Of a DNA stretch of 64,000 bases, positions 55,138 to 64,000 are shown one piece after another. Position 1 is the first letter of the stretch, and each line of letters begins with the position of its first letter. The stretch lies in the NCBI GenBank assembly GCA_963777955.1, contig CAVZSQ010000022.1:192001-256000 (forward strand), read 5' to 3'. Below the pieces are notes generated by a model, which saw only the letters and a program-made list of their open reading frames with translations, was not told the origin of the DNA and ran no database searches. A program made the position numbers and the translations under genes. This DNA is from Calditrichia bacterium (lineage in GTDB: Bacteria > Calditrichota > Calditrichia > JAJRVZ01).

Positions 55138-56193
55138 ATGCCCTTAACTATCAAAGATGTTGCTAAAAAAGCCCGTGTATCGATTGCCACTGTCTCGCTG
55201 GTCCTGCAAAACAATCAACGGATCTCGCCAGCCACGCGACAACGGGTATTGCGGATAGTCGAAAAATTGAATTACCGGCCTTCGCGTATGGCCCGCAGCC
55301 TGGTGATGCAGCAGTCGCATAATATCGGTTTTGTACTAACCGATGATCATTTCCTGCGTACCGAGCCATTCTACACCCATATTTTCCTGGGATGTGAGTT
55401 TGAATCACGCGAGCATGAATATTATATATTATTGCACACCATCCCGCGTAAATATGAAAAAAGTAAGGATTTGCCCCGGTTCATCCAGGAACATAATGTT
55501 GATGGTGTAATCATCGCCGGGAAAGTACCCCAGGAGATAATTGACTATATCGGACTAAATAAATTGCCAATTGTTTTTGTCGACTATTGTCCGACCAAAG
55601 GAGAGTATTCTGCCGTTTTAATTGATAATATTGAAGGGGGTATGGAAGCCACGGCCTATCTGATTGAGCACGGTCACCAAAAAATTGCCTTTATCGGCGG
55701 GGATTTACAGCACCCCAGTATACAGGGCCGGTTTCAGGGGTATAAATTAGCCCTCGAACAAAATAAAGTCAGTTTTAATCAAAAATATGTTGTAACCAGT
55801 GAGGCTGATACCACGCGGGAAACGGGTTATAATGCCACCCGCTCGCTCCTGAGCCATAGCAGTCAGATATCTGCTATTTTTTCCTGTAATGATGCCATGG
55901 CCATCGGGGCAATGCAGTATATTGAGGATCAGGGATTACGCGTACCCGAAGATATCTCGATAATAGGTTTTGATAATGTCGATGCGGCAGTTTATACCGA
56001 TCCGCCTCTGACCACCATACAGGTGCCAAAGGAGGAATTGGGAATTGAAGCCATGCGCTTAATGGTAGACATATTAAACAAGCGTATTAAATCCACCAAG
56101 AAAATTCTGGTGCCGGTGGAGATTATTAAACGCGAATCAGTTAAGATGCTCAGAAAGAATAGTAATATGTTTAAACGATTAACCCAAAATTAA
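55138..56193 (+). CDS. LacI family transcriptional regulator
   Basis: TIKDVAKKARVSIATVS HTH, LNYRPS..ARSL, NDAMAIG, DISIIGFDN, PPLTTI. Confidence 0.95.
   Translation: MPLTIKDVAKKARVSIATVSLVLQNNQRISPATRQRVLRIVEKLNYRPSRMARSLVMQQSHNIGFVLTDDHFLRTEPFYTHIFLGCEFESREHEYYILLHTIPRKYEKSKDLPRFIQEHNVDGVIIAGKVPQEIIDYIGLNKLPIVFVDYCPTKGEYSAVLIDNIEGGMEATAYLIEHGHQKIAFIGGDLQHPSIQGRFQGYKLALEQNKVSFNQKYVVTSEADTTRETGYNATRSLLSHSSQISAIFSCNDAMAIGAMQYIEDQGLRVPEDISIIGFDNVDAAVYTDPPLTTIQVPKEELGIEAMRLMVDILNKRIKSTKKILVPVEIIKRESVKMLRKNSNMFKRLTQN
56170..56183. promoter_or_regulatory. Second LacI operator copy inside the 3' end of the LacI gene
   Basis: TTTAAACGATTAAC, a 12/14 match to the 55109 palindrome, 60 nt upstream of the next gene. 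Confidence 0.55.
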
Positions 56194-56243
56194 ATTAATA
56201 CAGTTAAAAAAATTAACACTATCAAACAAATCAAGGAGGAAGT

Positions 56244-58779
56244 ATGATGAAGAATTACGGGCATTTACTTTTATTAATTATTTTAACATTTACTTTGACT
56301 GCCCTGTTGCCGGCACAGACGAATTTATTAACCAACGGTGATTTTGAGACGCAGACGGTCAATTTTTGGAACAAGTTGAATGATGGCTTGGGCGGAGCGG
56401 CTTTGACCTGGACAACGGACGAGGCGGCGAACAGTCCGTGGGGAATTAATCAGAAGAGTTTACGTTCGCTGAAGGTTGAGAAGGGGAGCGCCACGGCAGA
56501 TATGGTTGGCTGGCTGAGCGTGAACAATGCGGATTTGTACTGGAACAATGCCGGCGGTGGTGATTTATACAATCTAACCTTTGCGGCCAAGACACAGGGG
56601 GTTAATACCAGTCCGGCCACGGATGATGCCAAGATTGGAGTATGGTATAAATATTATGCGGGTGGTATCCTGATCAGTGAGCAGTTTGTGGAAGTGGATC
56701 AGACCACAGCGGATAAGGATTGGACGAATTACACGGGTGGAGTGACGGTAAGTACAGAGCCGGATAGTGTGCTAGTGATAGCGGTGATGGGCAAGGATGC
56801 GACGGGGACGGTATGGTTTGACAATCTTGATTGCAACACGAATTCGACCTGGACGATGGGCGTATTTGGTGGTGATGCGGAAGCGCCGGTAAGTTGGATG
56901 TTCTGGAAGGAATCGGGTCACTGGAATTACTGCGATCTGACCGCGGATACAGGTGCGTACAGCGGCAGTTATGATATTTTGTTATATGAGCCGGACAACA
57001 ATAGTGATGAGATGGTATATTACAGTGAGCCGGTAGCGGCCAAACCGGACACCTGGTACAAGTTAGGGGTCTGGGTGCAGACGGACAGTGTGGATACCAA
57101 CAGTCAGTGGATCGCGTCGAATGCTGTCCCGAATTATGTAGATGATCGTGCTGGTGTATGTTTCTTTTTCCACAAGGCCCCGATTTACGGGAACTGGGAT
57201 TTGACCGGCGGGGATCAATTTTTCTATATCGATCAACGTGATGTACAGACGGGTTGGACGCATTATACGGTAGTGGCCTTGGCGCCGAGTGATGCGGCAG
57301 GATTGAGTGTCCGGGCCCGTTTCAATTCGTTTACAACCGGTTATGCCTGGTATGATGACTTCACCGTCGAAGAAATAGATCCCAATGATAATATTTTAGC
57401 CAACGGTGATTTTGAGACGCAGACGGTCAATTTTTGGAACAAGTTGAATGATGGCTTGGGCGGAGCGGCTTTGACCTGGACAACGGACGAGGCGGCGAAC
57501 AGTCCGTGGGGAATTAATCAGAAGAGTTTACGTTCGCTGAAGGTTGAGAAGGGGAGCGCCACGGCAGATATGGTTGGCTGGCTGAGCGTGAACAATGCGG
57601 ATTTGTACTGGAACAATGCCGGCGGTGGTGATTTATACAATCTGACCTTTGCAGCCAAGACACAGGGGGTTAATACCAGTCCGGCCACGGATGATGCCAA
57701 GATCGGAGTATGGTATAAATATTATGCGGGTGGTATCCTGATCAGTGAGCAGTTTGTGGAAGTGGATCAGACCACAGCGGATAAGGATTGGACGAATTAC
57801 ACGGGTGGAGTGACGGTAAGTACAGAGCCGGATAGTGTGCTAGTGATAGCGGTGATGGGCAAGGATGCGACGGGGACGGTATGGTTTGACAATCTTGATT
57901 GCAACACGAATTCGACTTGGACGATGGGCGTATTTGGTGGTGATGCGGAAGCGCCGGTAAGTTGGATGTTCTGGAAGGAATCGGGTCACTGGAATTACTG
58001 CGATCTGACCATGGATGAAACGGCCCATAGCGGCAGTTATGATATTTTGTTATATGAGCCGGACAACAATAGTGATGAGATGGTATATTACAGTGAGCCG
58101 GTAGCGGCCAAACCGGACACCTGGTACAAGTTAGGGGTCTGGGTGCAGACGGACAGTGTGGATACCAACAGTCAGTGGATCGCGTCGAATGCTGTCCCGA
58201 ATTATGTAGATGATCGTGCTGGTGTATGTTTCTTTTTCCACAAGGCCCCGATTTACGGGAACTGGGATTTGACCGGCGGGGATCAATTTTTCTATATCGA
58301 TCAACGTGATGTACAGACGGGTTGGACGCATTATACGGTAGTGGCCTTGGCGCCGAGTGATGCGGCAGGATTGAGTGTCCGGGCCCGTTTCAATTCGTTT
58401 ACAACCGGTTATGCCTGGTATGATGACTTCACCGTCGAGGAAATTGAAATGGTCGTCACCAGTATCGAAGATCATCCTACACCAACGGCGATAATCAGCA
58501 CCGATTTTCAATTAGCTGAATAATTATCCCAATCCCTTTAATCCACAAACGATAATTGAATTCAAGGTTCCACAAACCGGTTCAGTAATCCTGAACATCT
58601 ACAATTCACTAGGCCAGAGGATTCGTACGCTGGTTAACGAGATTAAACCGGTCGGAACCTATCAGGTTCTCTGGGATGGACGTGATGATTTTGGCCAGGT
58701 GGTCGCTTCCGGTATTTATCTGTATCAACTACGCGGCGAAAATGCTTTAATCACGAAAAAAATGACTTTTCTTAAGTAA
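56244..58779 (+). CDS. Secreted protein of tandem CBM4/9-like (galactose-binding fold) modules with T9SS/FlgD CTD (1-nt frameshift ~58516)
   Basis: AAGGAGG SD; NLLTNGDFE...VWFDNL and ...AWYDDF modules duplicated; the CTD NYPNPFNP...KKMTFLK* in the +1 frame ends at 58779. Confidence 0.8.
56332..58438 (+). repeat. Intragenic tandem duplication, period 1068 bp (copies 56332-57370 and 57400-58438)
   Basis: By-eye alignment gives about 14 differences in 1039 nt: four synonymous SNPs plus a 10-mismatch patch. Confidence 0.95.
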
Positions 58780-58798
58780 ATACTGTTAATTTGTACTG

Positions 58799-58827
58799 TA
58801 TGGGTAGAGAGAAAATCTCTACCCATA
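58799..58827 (+). terminator. Hairpin, probable terminator or mRNA stabiliser
   Basis: TATGGGTAGAGA-GAAAA-TCTCTACCCATA, a 12-bp perfect stem 20 nt after the stop, followed by an AT-rich tract. Confidence 0.7.
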
Positions 58828-58971
58828 TATTTAATTTATTTATACCATTTCGTATTACTTGTACCTGGTCACGCTCGATGGTAAATCACCATTGTCGGGT
58901 AAAGTAGTTAAAATTGAAAGACTGAAAAGATTTAAAGTACTATTTCTTGTAAAACTGCCGGAGGTCGCAGC

Positions 58972-61668
58972 ATGGTTTCCTCAGTCAGTATTAAAATAAT
59001 CAGTTTATTACTTCTCCTGTTCTTACCATTAGCCCTGAATGCAGGGACAACCGGAAAGATCGCCGGTAAAGTGGTGGATGCTAAAACCGCTGAATCCATA
59101 CCCGGAGTCAACGTATTTATTGAAAATACAGTCATGGGAGCGGCCACCGACGTCGAGGGGAATTATTTTATCATCGGTATCCCGCCTGGTGAATATACTC
59201 TTGTTGCCGGTTATATCGGATACCGCGACCATAAAATCAACAAGGTCGGTGTTAATGTGGATAAAACCACCACAATAAATATTGAAATGCAATCCACGAC
59301 ACTGGAGTTAGGGGAATCGATCGAAATTACTGCTGAACGTCCTCTGGTACGAAAAGATCTGACCTCAACCGAATCGACGGTTGACCGCGAATTGCTGGAA
59401 ATGTTACCGGTCGAATCACTGAGTGGCGTGGTCAATTTGCAGGCGGGGGTAGTGGAAGGGCATTTCCGGGGCGGTCGGTTTGATGAAGTACTGTATATGG
59501 TCAATGGAGTGTCAGTAAATGATGTCTACAACGGTACCAGTGCTATAGAAATTGAGAATAACTCGATCCAGGAAGTAAATGTAATCAGCGGTACTTTTAA
59601 TGCCGAATATGGCCAGGCTATGTCGGGAGTGGTCAATGTGGTAACCCGGGATGGCGGTGAAAAATATGAAGGCAGCTTATCTGCCTATGCCGGTAATTAT
59701 TTTACCGGCCATGATGAAATCTTCTGGAATCCTGCAGGTATCAATCCCGATATGAATGTTCAGGGTACGCTGAGCGGACCAGTACCATTTCTTGGTCCGA
59801 AGTTCGCCTTCTTTGCCAGCGGCCGAATGGTATTTGCTAACGGTTATATTTACGGTAAAGATGTTTTTGAACCAAGCGATCATACCACCGATTTTTTGCT
59901 GGTCGATAATCCGCAAGACAGACAGTTTATGAGCCATGGTCAGATGTACTCCTACAGTGATTCACTGGCTCAAAAGATGATTGACCAGGCCGATGCCGTT
60001 TCCATGAACAGTTCGGAACACTATACCGTCGATCTGAGAGTAACCTATAAACCTTTCCCCCGGGATAAAATTAATCTTGAAAGTATCTATCAAAATCAAA
60101 ACTGGAATTCTTACGAGCATGAATTCCGGTTAAATCCGGCCGGTACCTACAATTATCACCAGTGGGGGACAACTGATATTCTAAGTTGGAATCATGTTTA
60201 TTCAGCCAGCACCTTTAGTGATGTGAATCTATCCTATTTTTACACCGACTTTAAACAGTATGTTTATAAAGATCTGTATGATAGCCATTATGTACTCAAG
60301 ACCCGTTTACAGGATACCGGGGCTAATGCCTTCAACAGCGGCGGACAGAACATGTGGCAATTCCGCAGGAACACTACTACTTATCTGGGTAAAGGAGACC
60401 TGACCAGTCAGATTACCCGTAATCATCAAATCAAGATAGGACTGGAGGGACGACAGCATCGGTTGCGAATGACCGAGTTTGAAGTCATTCCGGAGAGCGT
60501 GGAACGGATCGCCCCGTTGTCCAGTGTACAAAATAATACCTATGAACATCAACCGCTGGAGTTGTCAGGCTACATCCAGGATAAAATGGAGTTTGAAGAT
60601 CTGGTTATCAATGCCGGAATACGTATGGACTATTTTAATCCGGATGGAGAAGTTCCAATTGATTTTTCACGACCCGGCCAATCGTTACGGCATAAGGCTA
60701 ACAGCAGCAAACAACTGAGTCCTCGCCTGGGTCTGGCGTATCCGATATCGGCCACCGGGGTTGTACATGCTTCTTATGGTCATTTTTTTCAAACCCCTTC
60801 ATTTTTCTATCTGTATGCAAATCCTGAATTTGATATCGATCCTTTACAGAGTTCCGTTTCACCGCCGCCGCAATCGGTGCGGAACACTATCGGCAATGCG
60901 GAACTCAAACCACAGCGAACCACTATCTACGAATTAGGATTACAGCAGCAGATAAGCATGCTGTATGGTTTATCACTTACGGTATTTTTTAAAGATATAA
61001 GAAATCTGCTGGGAACCGAGGTTCACCGAACCCTGGAAGGAATCCGCTACGGCCGTTATATCAACCGGGATTACGGCTATATCCGCGGGATCACCCTGGA
61101 ATTTGAACGAAGATATTCCGGGGGTATCGCTGCTTCCATTGACTATACTTTTCAGGTAGCCAAGGGAAATGCTTCCGATCCTAATAATGCATTTCTGGAT
61201 GCGGAAGGAGACCGCGAGACGGAAAAACAGGTGGTGCCGCTGGACTGGGACCGGCGCCATCAGATTAATGCTTCGTTCAATCTGGGGCGTCCGCAGAATT
61301 ACCTGTGCAGCGTGGTGATGAGATACGGTACCGGTTTTCCCTATACTCCGTCTTCACGGGTGGTACAACCACTGCTGGAAAATGGTGGCCGTAAACCTGC
61401 TATCTTGACTATTGATCTCTATCTGACCAAAGATCTTCGCCTGTTCCAGCAATACGTTACGTTATTTGTACGAGCCTACAACATATTAGATCGGCTGAAT
61501 GAGCGTGATGTCTTCTCCGATACAGGTCGCTCCGGCTATTCAACCGAACCATTGTACTTTGGCGGCGAACAACCCAGGGGTATCAACAGTGTCGAACAAT
61601 TCTATCTGCGGCCTGATTTTTATTATGAACCGCGACTCATTCAACTTGGCTTTGAATTAAAATTTTAA
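58972..61668 (+). CDS. TonB-dependent receptor with N-terminal CarboxypepD_reg-like domain
   Basis: GTTGKIAGKVVD, HFRGGRFDEV, GTFNAEYGQAMSGVVNVVT, SPRLGLAYPI, GNAELKPQRT, C-terminal LGFELKF. Confidence 0.93.
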   Translation: MVSSVSIKIISLLLLLFLPLALNAGTTGKIAGKVVDAKTAESIPGVNVFIENTVMGAATDVEGNYFIIGIPPGEYTLVAGYIGYRDHKINKVGVNVDKTTTINIEMQSTTLELGESIEITAERPLVRKDLTSTESTVDRELLEMLPVESLSGVVNLQAGVVEGHFRGGRFDEVLYMVNGVSVNDVYNGTSAIEIENNSIQEVNVISGTFNAEYGQAMSGVVNVVTRDGGEKYEGSLSAYAGNYFTGHDEIFWNPAGINPDMNVQGTLSGPVPFLGPKFAFFASGRMVFANGYIYGKDVFEPSDHTTDFLLVDNPQDRQFMSHGQMYSYSDSLAQKMIDQADAVSMNSSEHYTVDLRVTYKPFPRDKINLESIYQNQNWNSYEHEFRLNPAGTYNYHQWGTTDILSWNHVYSASTFSDVNLSYFYTDFKQYVYKDLYDSHYVLKTRLQDTGANAFNSGGQNMWQFRRNTTTYLGKGDLTSQITRNHQIKIGLEGRQHRLRMTEFEVIPESVERIAPLSSVQNNTYEHQPLELSGYIQDKMEFEDLVINAGIRMDYFNPDGEVPIDFSRPGQSLRHKANSSKQLSPRLGLAYPISATGVVHASYGHFFQTPSFFYLYANPEFDIDPLQSSVSPPPQSVRNTIGNAELKPQRTTIYELGLQQQISMLYGLSLTVFFKDIRNLLGTEVHRTLEGIRYGRYINRDYGYIRGITLEFERRYSGGIAASIDYTFQVAKGNASDPNNAFLDAEGDRETEKQVVPLDWDRRHQINASFNLGRPQNYLCSVVMRYGTGFPYTPSSRVVQPLLENGGRKPAILTIDLYLTKDLRLFQQYVTLFVRAYNILDRLNERDVFSDTGRSGYSTEPLYFGGEQPRGINSVEQFYLRPDFYYEPRLIQLGFELKF

Positions 61669-61681
61669 GAATAGATGCACT

Positions 61682-64000
61682 ATGAAAAAATCAGTCATTA
61701 TCCAGTTAACGTTTTGTCTCCTTTGGACGGTTTTGACCCCGGCTTTCGCTCAACGACAGCCGGATCCGAATGTGGGCAATGAGAAATTACGCCGGCAAGG
61801 AACCATGGATGGAAACCTGGTGCGAACGGTGTTTATCAACTGGGGTGAGATTGCCCACTGGCCTGATTCACCATCCGGTGAATGGCCGAAGGGTACCGGC
61901 CACCAATACGTGGACGGCGTAGCCCTGGTGGTGCAGGCCCGGACCCGGGATACATCCGGGAATCCAATATATCCTCTGGAAACTCAGTACCGTGAATTTG
62001 TTGATCGCGGTCCACAGGATCAATTGTGGGGCTGGGCTCCCCTACCGGGTTATTTTAATCCGCAGGGTGATAAACCGGCAATTACCACTGATCCCACATC
62101 CTGGCCTGATCACTGGCCGGATAAAGCAGATGGTTGGATCAATCCCAATGAAATCCGCAATGATTTCGATGATGATGGCAACGGCCTGATCGATGATGTG
62201 GTATACTGGAACGGTTTTTTTGGCAAAGGTGTTTTCAATGCCGATGTGGAAACCTATTTCGTCTTTGATGATGATCCGGATGAAGAATGGGCCTTCTATC
62301 CCGATCCGTTTGACTCTACCCGCCGCGGTCTGGGTTTGGAAGTAGCCTCCCGTCTGTTTCAATGGTCTCAGGTTCTGGCTGAGGATGTCATCTTCTCCGT
62401 TTATTTCATCACCAATGAAGGTAAAACAGATTACGACAGCACTTATTATTGTTTCTATATTGATTGGGGAGTTGGAGGTACTGACGATTCTTCGGATGAC
62501 ACGGGAGATTACAACACACTGCTTGATATTGCCTGGGCCTGGGATTATGATGGATATGGTACCCCTGGTAACTGGAACCCGGTTGGTGTGGCCGGATTCG
62601 CCTTTTTGGAAAGCCCGGGTATCTATGATGATCTGGCTGATAATGATACTGATGGCCTGATTGATGAAACGAGAACCTCTGCAGGCCCCGGTGCATTTCT
62701 GGATACCGAACCATATGGTGTCGATGATAGAACGGATTTTGTCAATTATTATCATCGTGAACCTGCAGCCCATTGGGAATCTGATGAGGATGGTGACTGG
62801 CAGGGATATACCGATGTTGATCTGAATAATCAGTGGGATGAAGGTGAACCGTTGAATGATGATGTCGGTGAGGACGGTCTTAATCCTAACGATTTTGGAT
62901 ATCCGGGACCAGACCTGGGTGAAGGTGATGGGATGCCTACTGCCGGCGAACCTAATTATGATTTTCTGGATAAGGATGAAGCCGATCAGATCGGTTTAAC
63001 CGGTTTCCGGATTTTCCCGGTACATACCTACGAATTATGGAATGAAGAGCAGAACTGGGGCGTTTTTCGCTCGGCTCCGCCGCCGCACAGCCAGCAGGTA
63101 ACGGCTAATCTGGGTATGTTCTTTTCATCCGGACCATTTCCGTTAAAAGCAGGCGATACCCAGAATTACTCGATGGCTTTATTGTTCGGGGAAGATGAAA
63201 ATGATCTGGTGCTGACGAAGAATACGATCCAGCAGATTTACAATGCCGATTACCGCTTTGCCAAGCCTCCGGATAAACCCCGTTTATTATCGGTGCTGCC
63301 CGGAGATGGGCAGGTAACCCTGGTCTGGGATGCCCGGGCTGAAAAATCCTGGGATCCGTTTTTACAGGAATACGATTTTGAGGGGTACCGCCTTTATCGC
63401 AGTACCGAACCGGAGTTTCTGGATACCCGTCTGATCACCGATGCCTATGGCCGGCTGGTTTTCCGCAAACCGTTGGTGGAATTTGATCTGAAGAACGGGA
63501 TTCAGGGTCTTCATCCTGTCGATCTGCAGGGTGCTAATTTTGACATGGGCACCGATAACGGATTGCAACATCACTATGTGGATAAAAATGTCAAGAACGG
63601 ACAGACCTATTACTATGCGATCGTGAGTTATGATCACGGTTTGGTCGATACCAGTGCCACCGGCGGTCTGAGCGGTATTCCACCCAGCGAATGTACGAGT
63701 AAGATTGAACAGGATCTGGCCGGCAATATACTGACTGATATTAATACTACCAGGGTAATCCCGGCAGCACCAGCTGCTGGATTCGTTGGTCCTGAATATA
63801 ATGACTACAAACGGGAAACAATAGGAACGGGGGATGTCCAGATTGAATTTTTATTCCCCGATTCGGTGCTGAACGGTCATACTTATGCCATCGAATTTGG
63901 TGATACCACCTATTTACACCATACTGGGAATCCGTATTATCTCATTTATGATATCACGGGTGATCCGAAAATTGCCAGAACCGATACGATCTGGATTGCT
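61682..64000 (+). CDS. Large secreted acidic TBDR-associated protein (3'-truncated; absent from the ORF track); paralog of 46268-48253
   Basis: The frame from ATG 61682 (MKKSVIIQLTFCLLWTVLTPAFAQ...) stays consistent at all points I checked up to the window end (...TDTIWIA). Motifs GEWPKGTGHQY, GLGLEVASRLFQW, DDDGNGLIDD, FEGYRLYRS, NGQTYYYAIVSYD. Confidence 0.85.
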   Translation, partial: MKKSVIIQLTFCLLWTVLTPAFAQRQPDPNVGNEKLRRQGTMDGNLVRTVFINWGEIAHWPDSPSGEWPKGTGHQYVDGVALVVQARTRDTSGNPIYPLETQYREFVDRGPQDQLWGWAPLPGYFNPQGDKPAITTDPTSWPDHWPDKADGWINPNEIRNDFDDDGNGLIDDVVYWNGFFGKGVFNADVETYFVFDDDPDEEWAFYPDPFDSTRRGLGLEVASRLFQWSQVLAEDVIFSVYFITNEGKTDYDSTYYCFYIDWGVGGTDDSSDDTGDYNTLLDIAWAWDYDGYGTPGNWNPVGVAGFAFLESPGIYDDLADNDTDGLIDETRTSAGPGAFLDTEPYGVDDRTDFVNYYHREPAAHWESDEDGDWQGYTDVDLNNQWDEGEPLNDDVGEDGLNPNDFGYPGPDLGEGDGMPTAGEPNYDFLDKDEADQIGLTGFRIFPVHTYELWNEEQNWGVFRSAPPPHSQQVTANLGMFFSSGPFPLKAGDTQNYSMALLFGEDENDLVLTKNTIQQIYNADYRFAKPPDKPRLLSVLPGDGQVTLVWDARAEKSWDPFLQEYDFEGYRLYRSTEPEFLDTRLITDAYGRLVFRKPLVEFDLKNGIQGLHPVDLQGANFDMGTDNGLQHHYVDKNVKNGQTYYYAIVSYDHGLVDTSATGGLSGIPPSECTSKIEQDLAGNILTDINTTRVIPAAPAAGFVGPEYNDYKRETIGTGDVQIEFLFPDSVLNGHTYAIEFGDTTYLHHTGNPYYLIYDITGDPKIARTDTIWIA

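Noticed and set aside
56332..58438. Diversity-generating retroelement (TR/VR pair) as the explanation for the duplication
   Set aside because: The differences are not adenine-specific, both copies are in-frame coding, the unit is about 1 kb, and no reverse transcriptase is present.
58505..58530. Programmed frameshift toggling the T9SS sorting domain (also near 40245 and 33360)
   Set aside because: There is no shared slippery site, and similar indels occur throughout unrelated genes. Removing one G restores QLLNNYPNPFNP.
61992..63637. ORF-track calls in this interval (e.g. 62042-62773 minus strand)
   Set aside because: They are shadows of the long + strand gene starting at 61682, which the track omitted because it has no stop within the window.
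1..64000. rRNA, tRNA, riboswitch, IS element or prophage
   Set aside because: None recognised by eye in the short intergenic regions. An Infernal/tRNAscan search would be needed to exclude small RNAs.

Overview
Gene-dense chromosomal window, mostly on the + strand, from a T9SS-bearing bacterium of the FCB superphylum, probably outside Bacteroidia (Calditrichota/KSB1/Marinimicrobia/Ignavibacteria-like). This placement is inferred from eight NYPNPFN-type C-terminal sorting domains, a PorV-like gene, non-SusC TonB-dependent receptors, canonical TTGACA/TATAAT-type promoters and Shine-Dalgarno sites. I saw no rRNA, tRNA, CRISPR array, integrase or transposase. About 15 genes carry 1-nt frameshifts, most likely uncorrected long-read indels, so they are reported as single joined CDSs. 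Content in order: DHS-like gene, Tat aldo/keto reductase, DUF6599-amidase fusion, CotH kinase, AraC-linked polyol/sugar cluster, radical SAM/SPASM gene, nagB-DUF4954, DinB/YfiT genes, GH26, Ser/Thr kinase plus sigma-54 activator with a downstream sigma-54-type promoter, an isoprenoid-synthase-fold gene coupled to an archaeal RaSEA-like radical SAM gene, a CotH / membrane-fusion protein / VTC / DUF4956 module, and a >20 kb LacI-associated uptake locus. That locus has two TonB-dependent receptors, each followed by a paralogous large non-SusD partner (the second is missing from the ORF track), and a secreted protein with a ~99% identical 1068-bp tandem duplication. Best candidates for undescribed systems: the VTC-DUF4956-MFP-CotH module, the RaSEA-like/isoprenoid-synthase-fold pair, and the TBDR-partner-PorV cassette. 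All family calls come from motif recognition by eye, not database searches.
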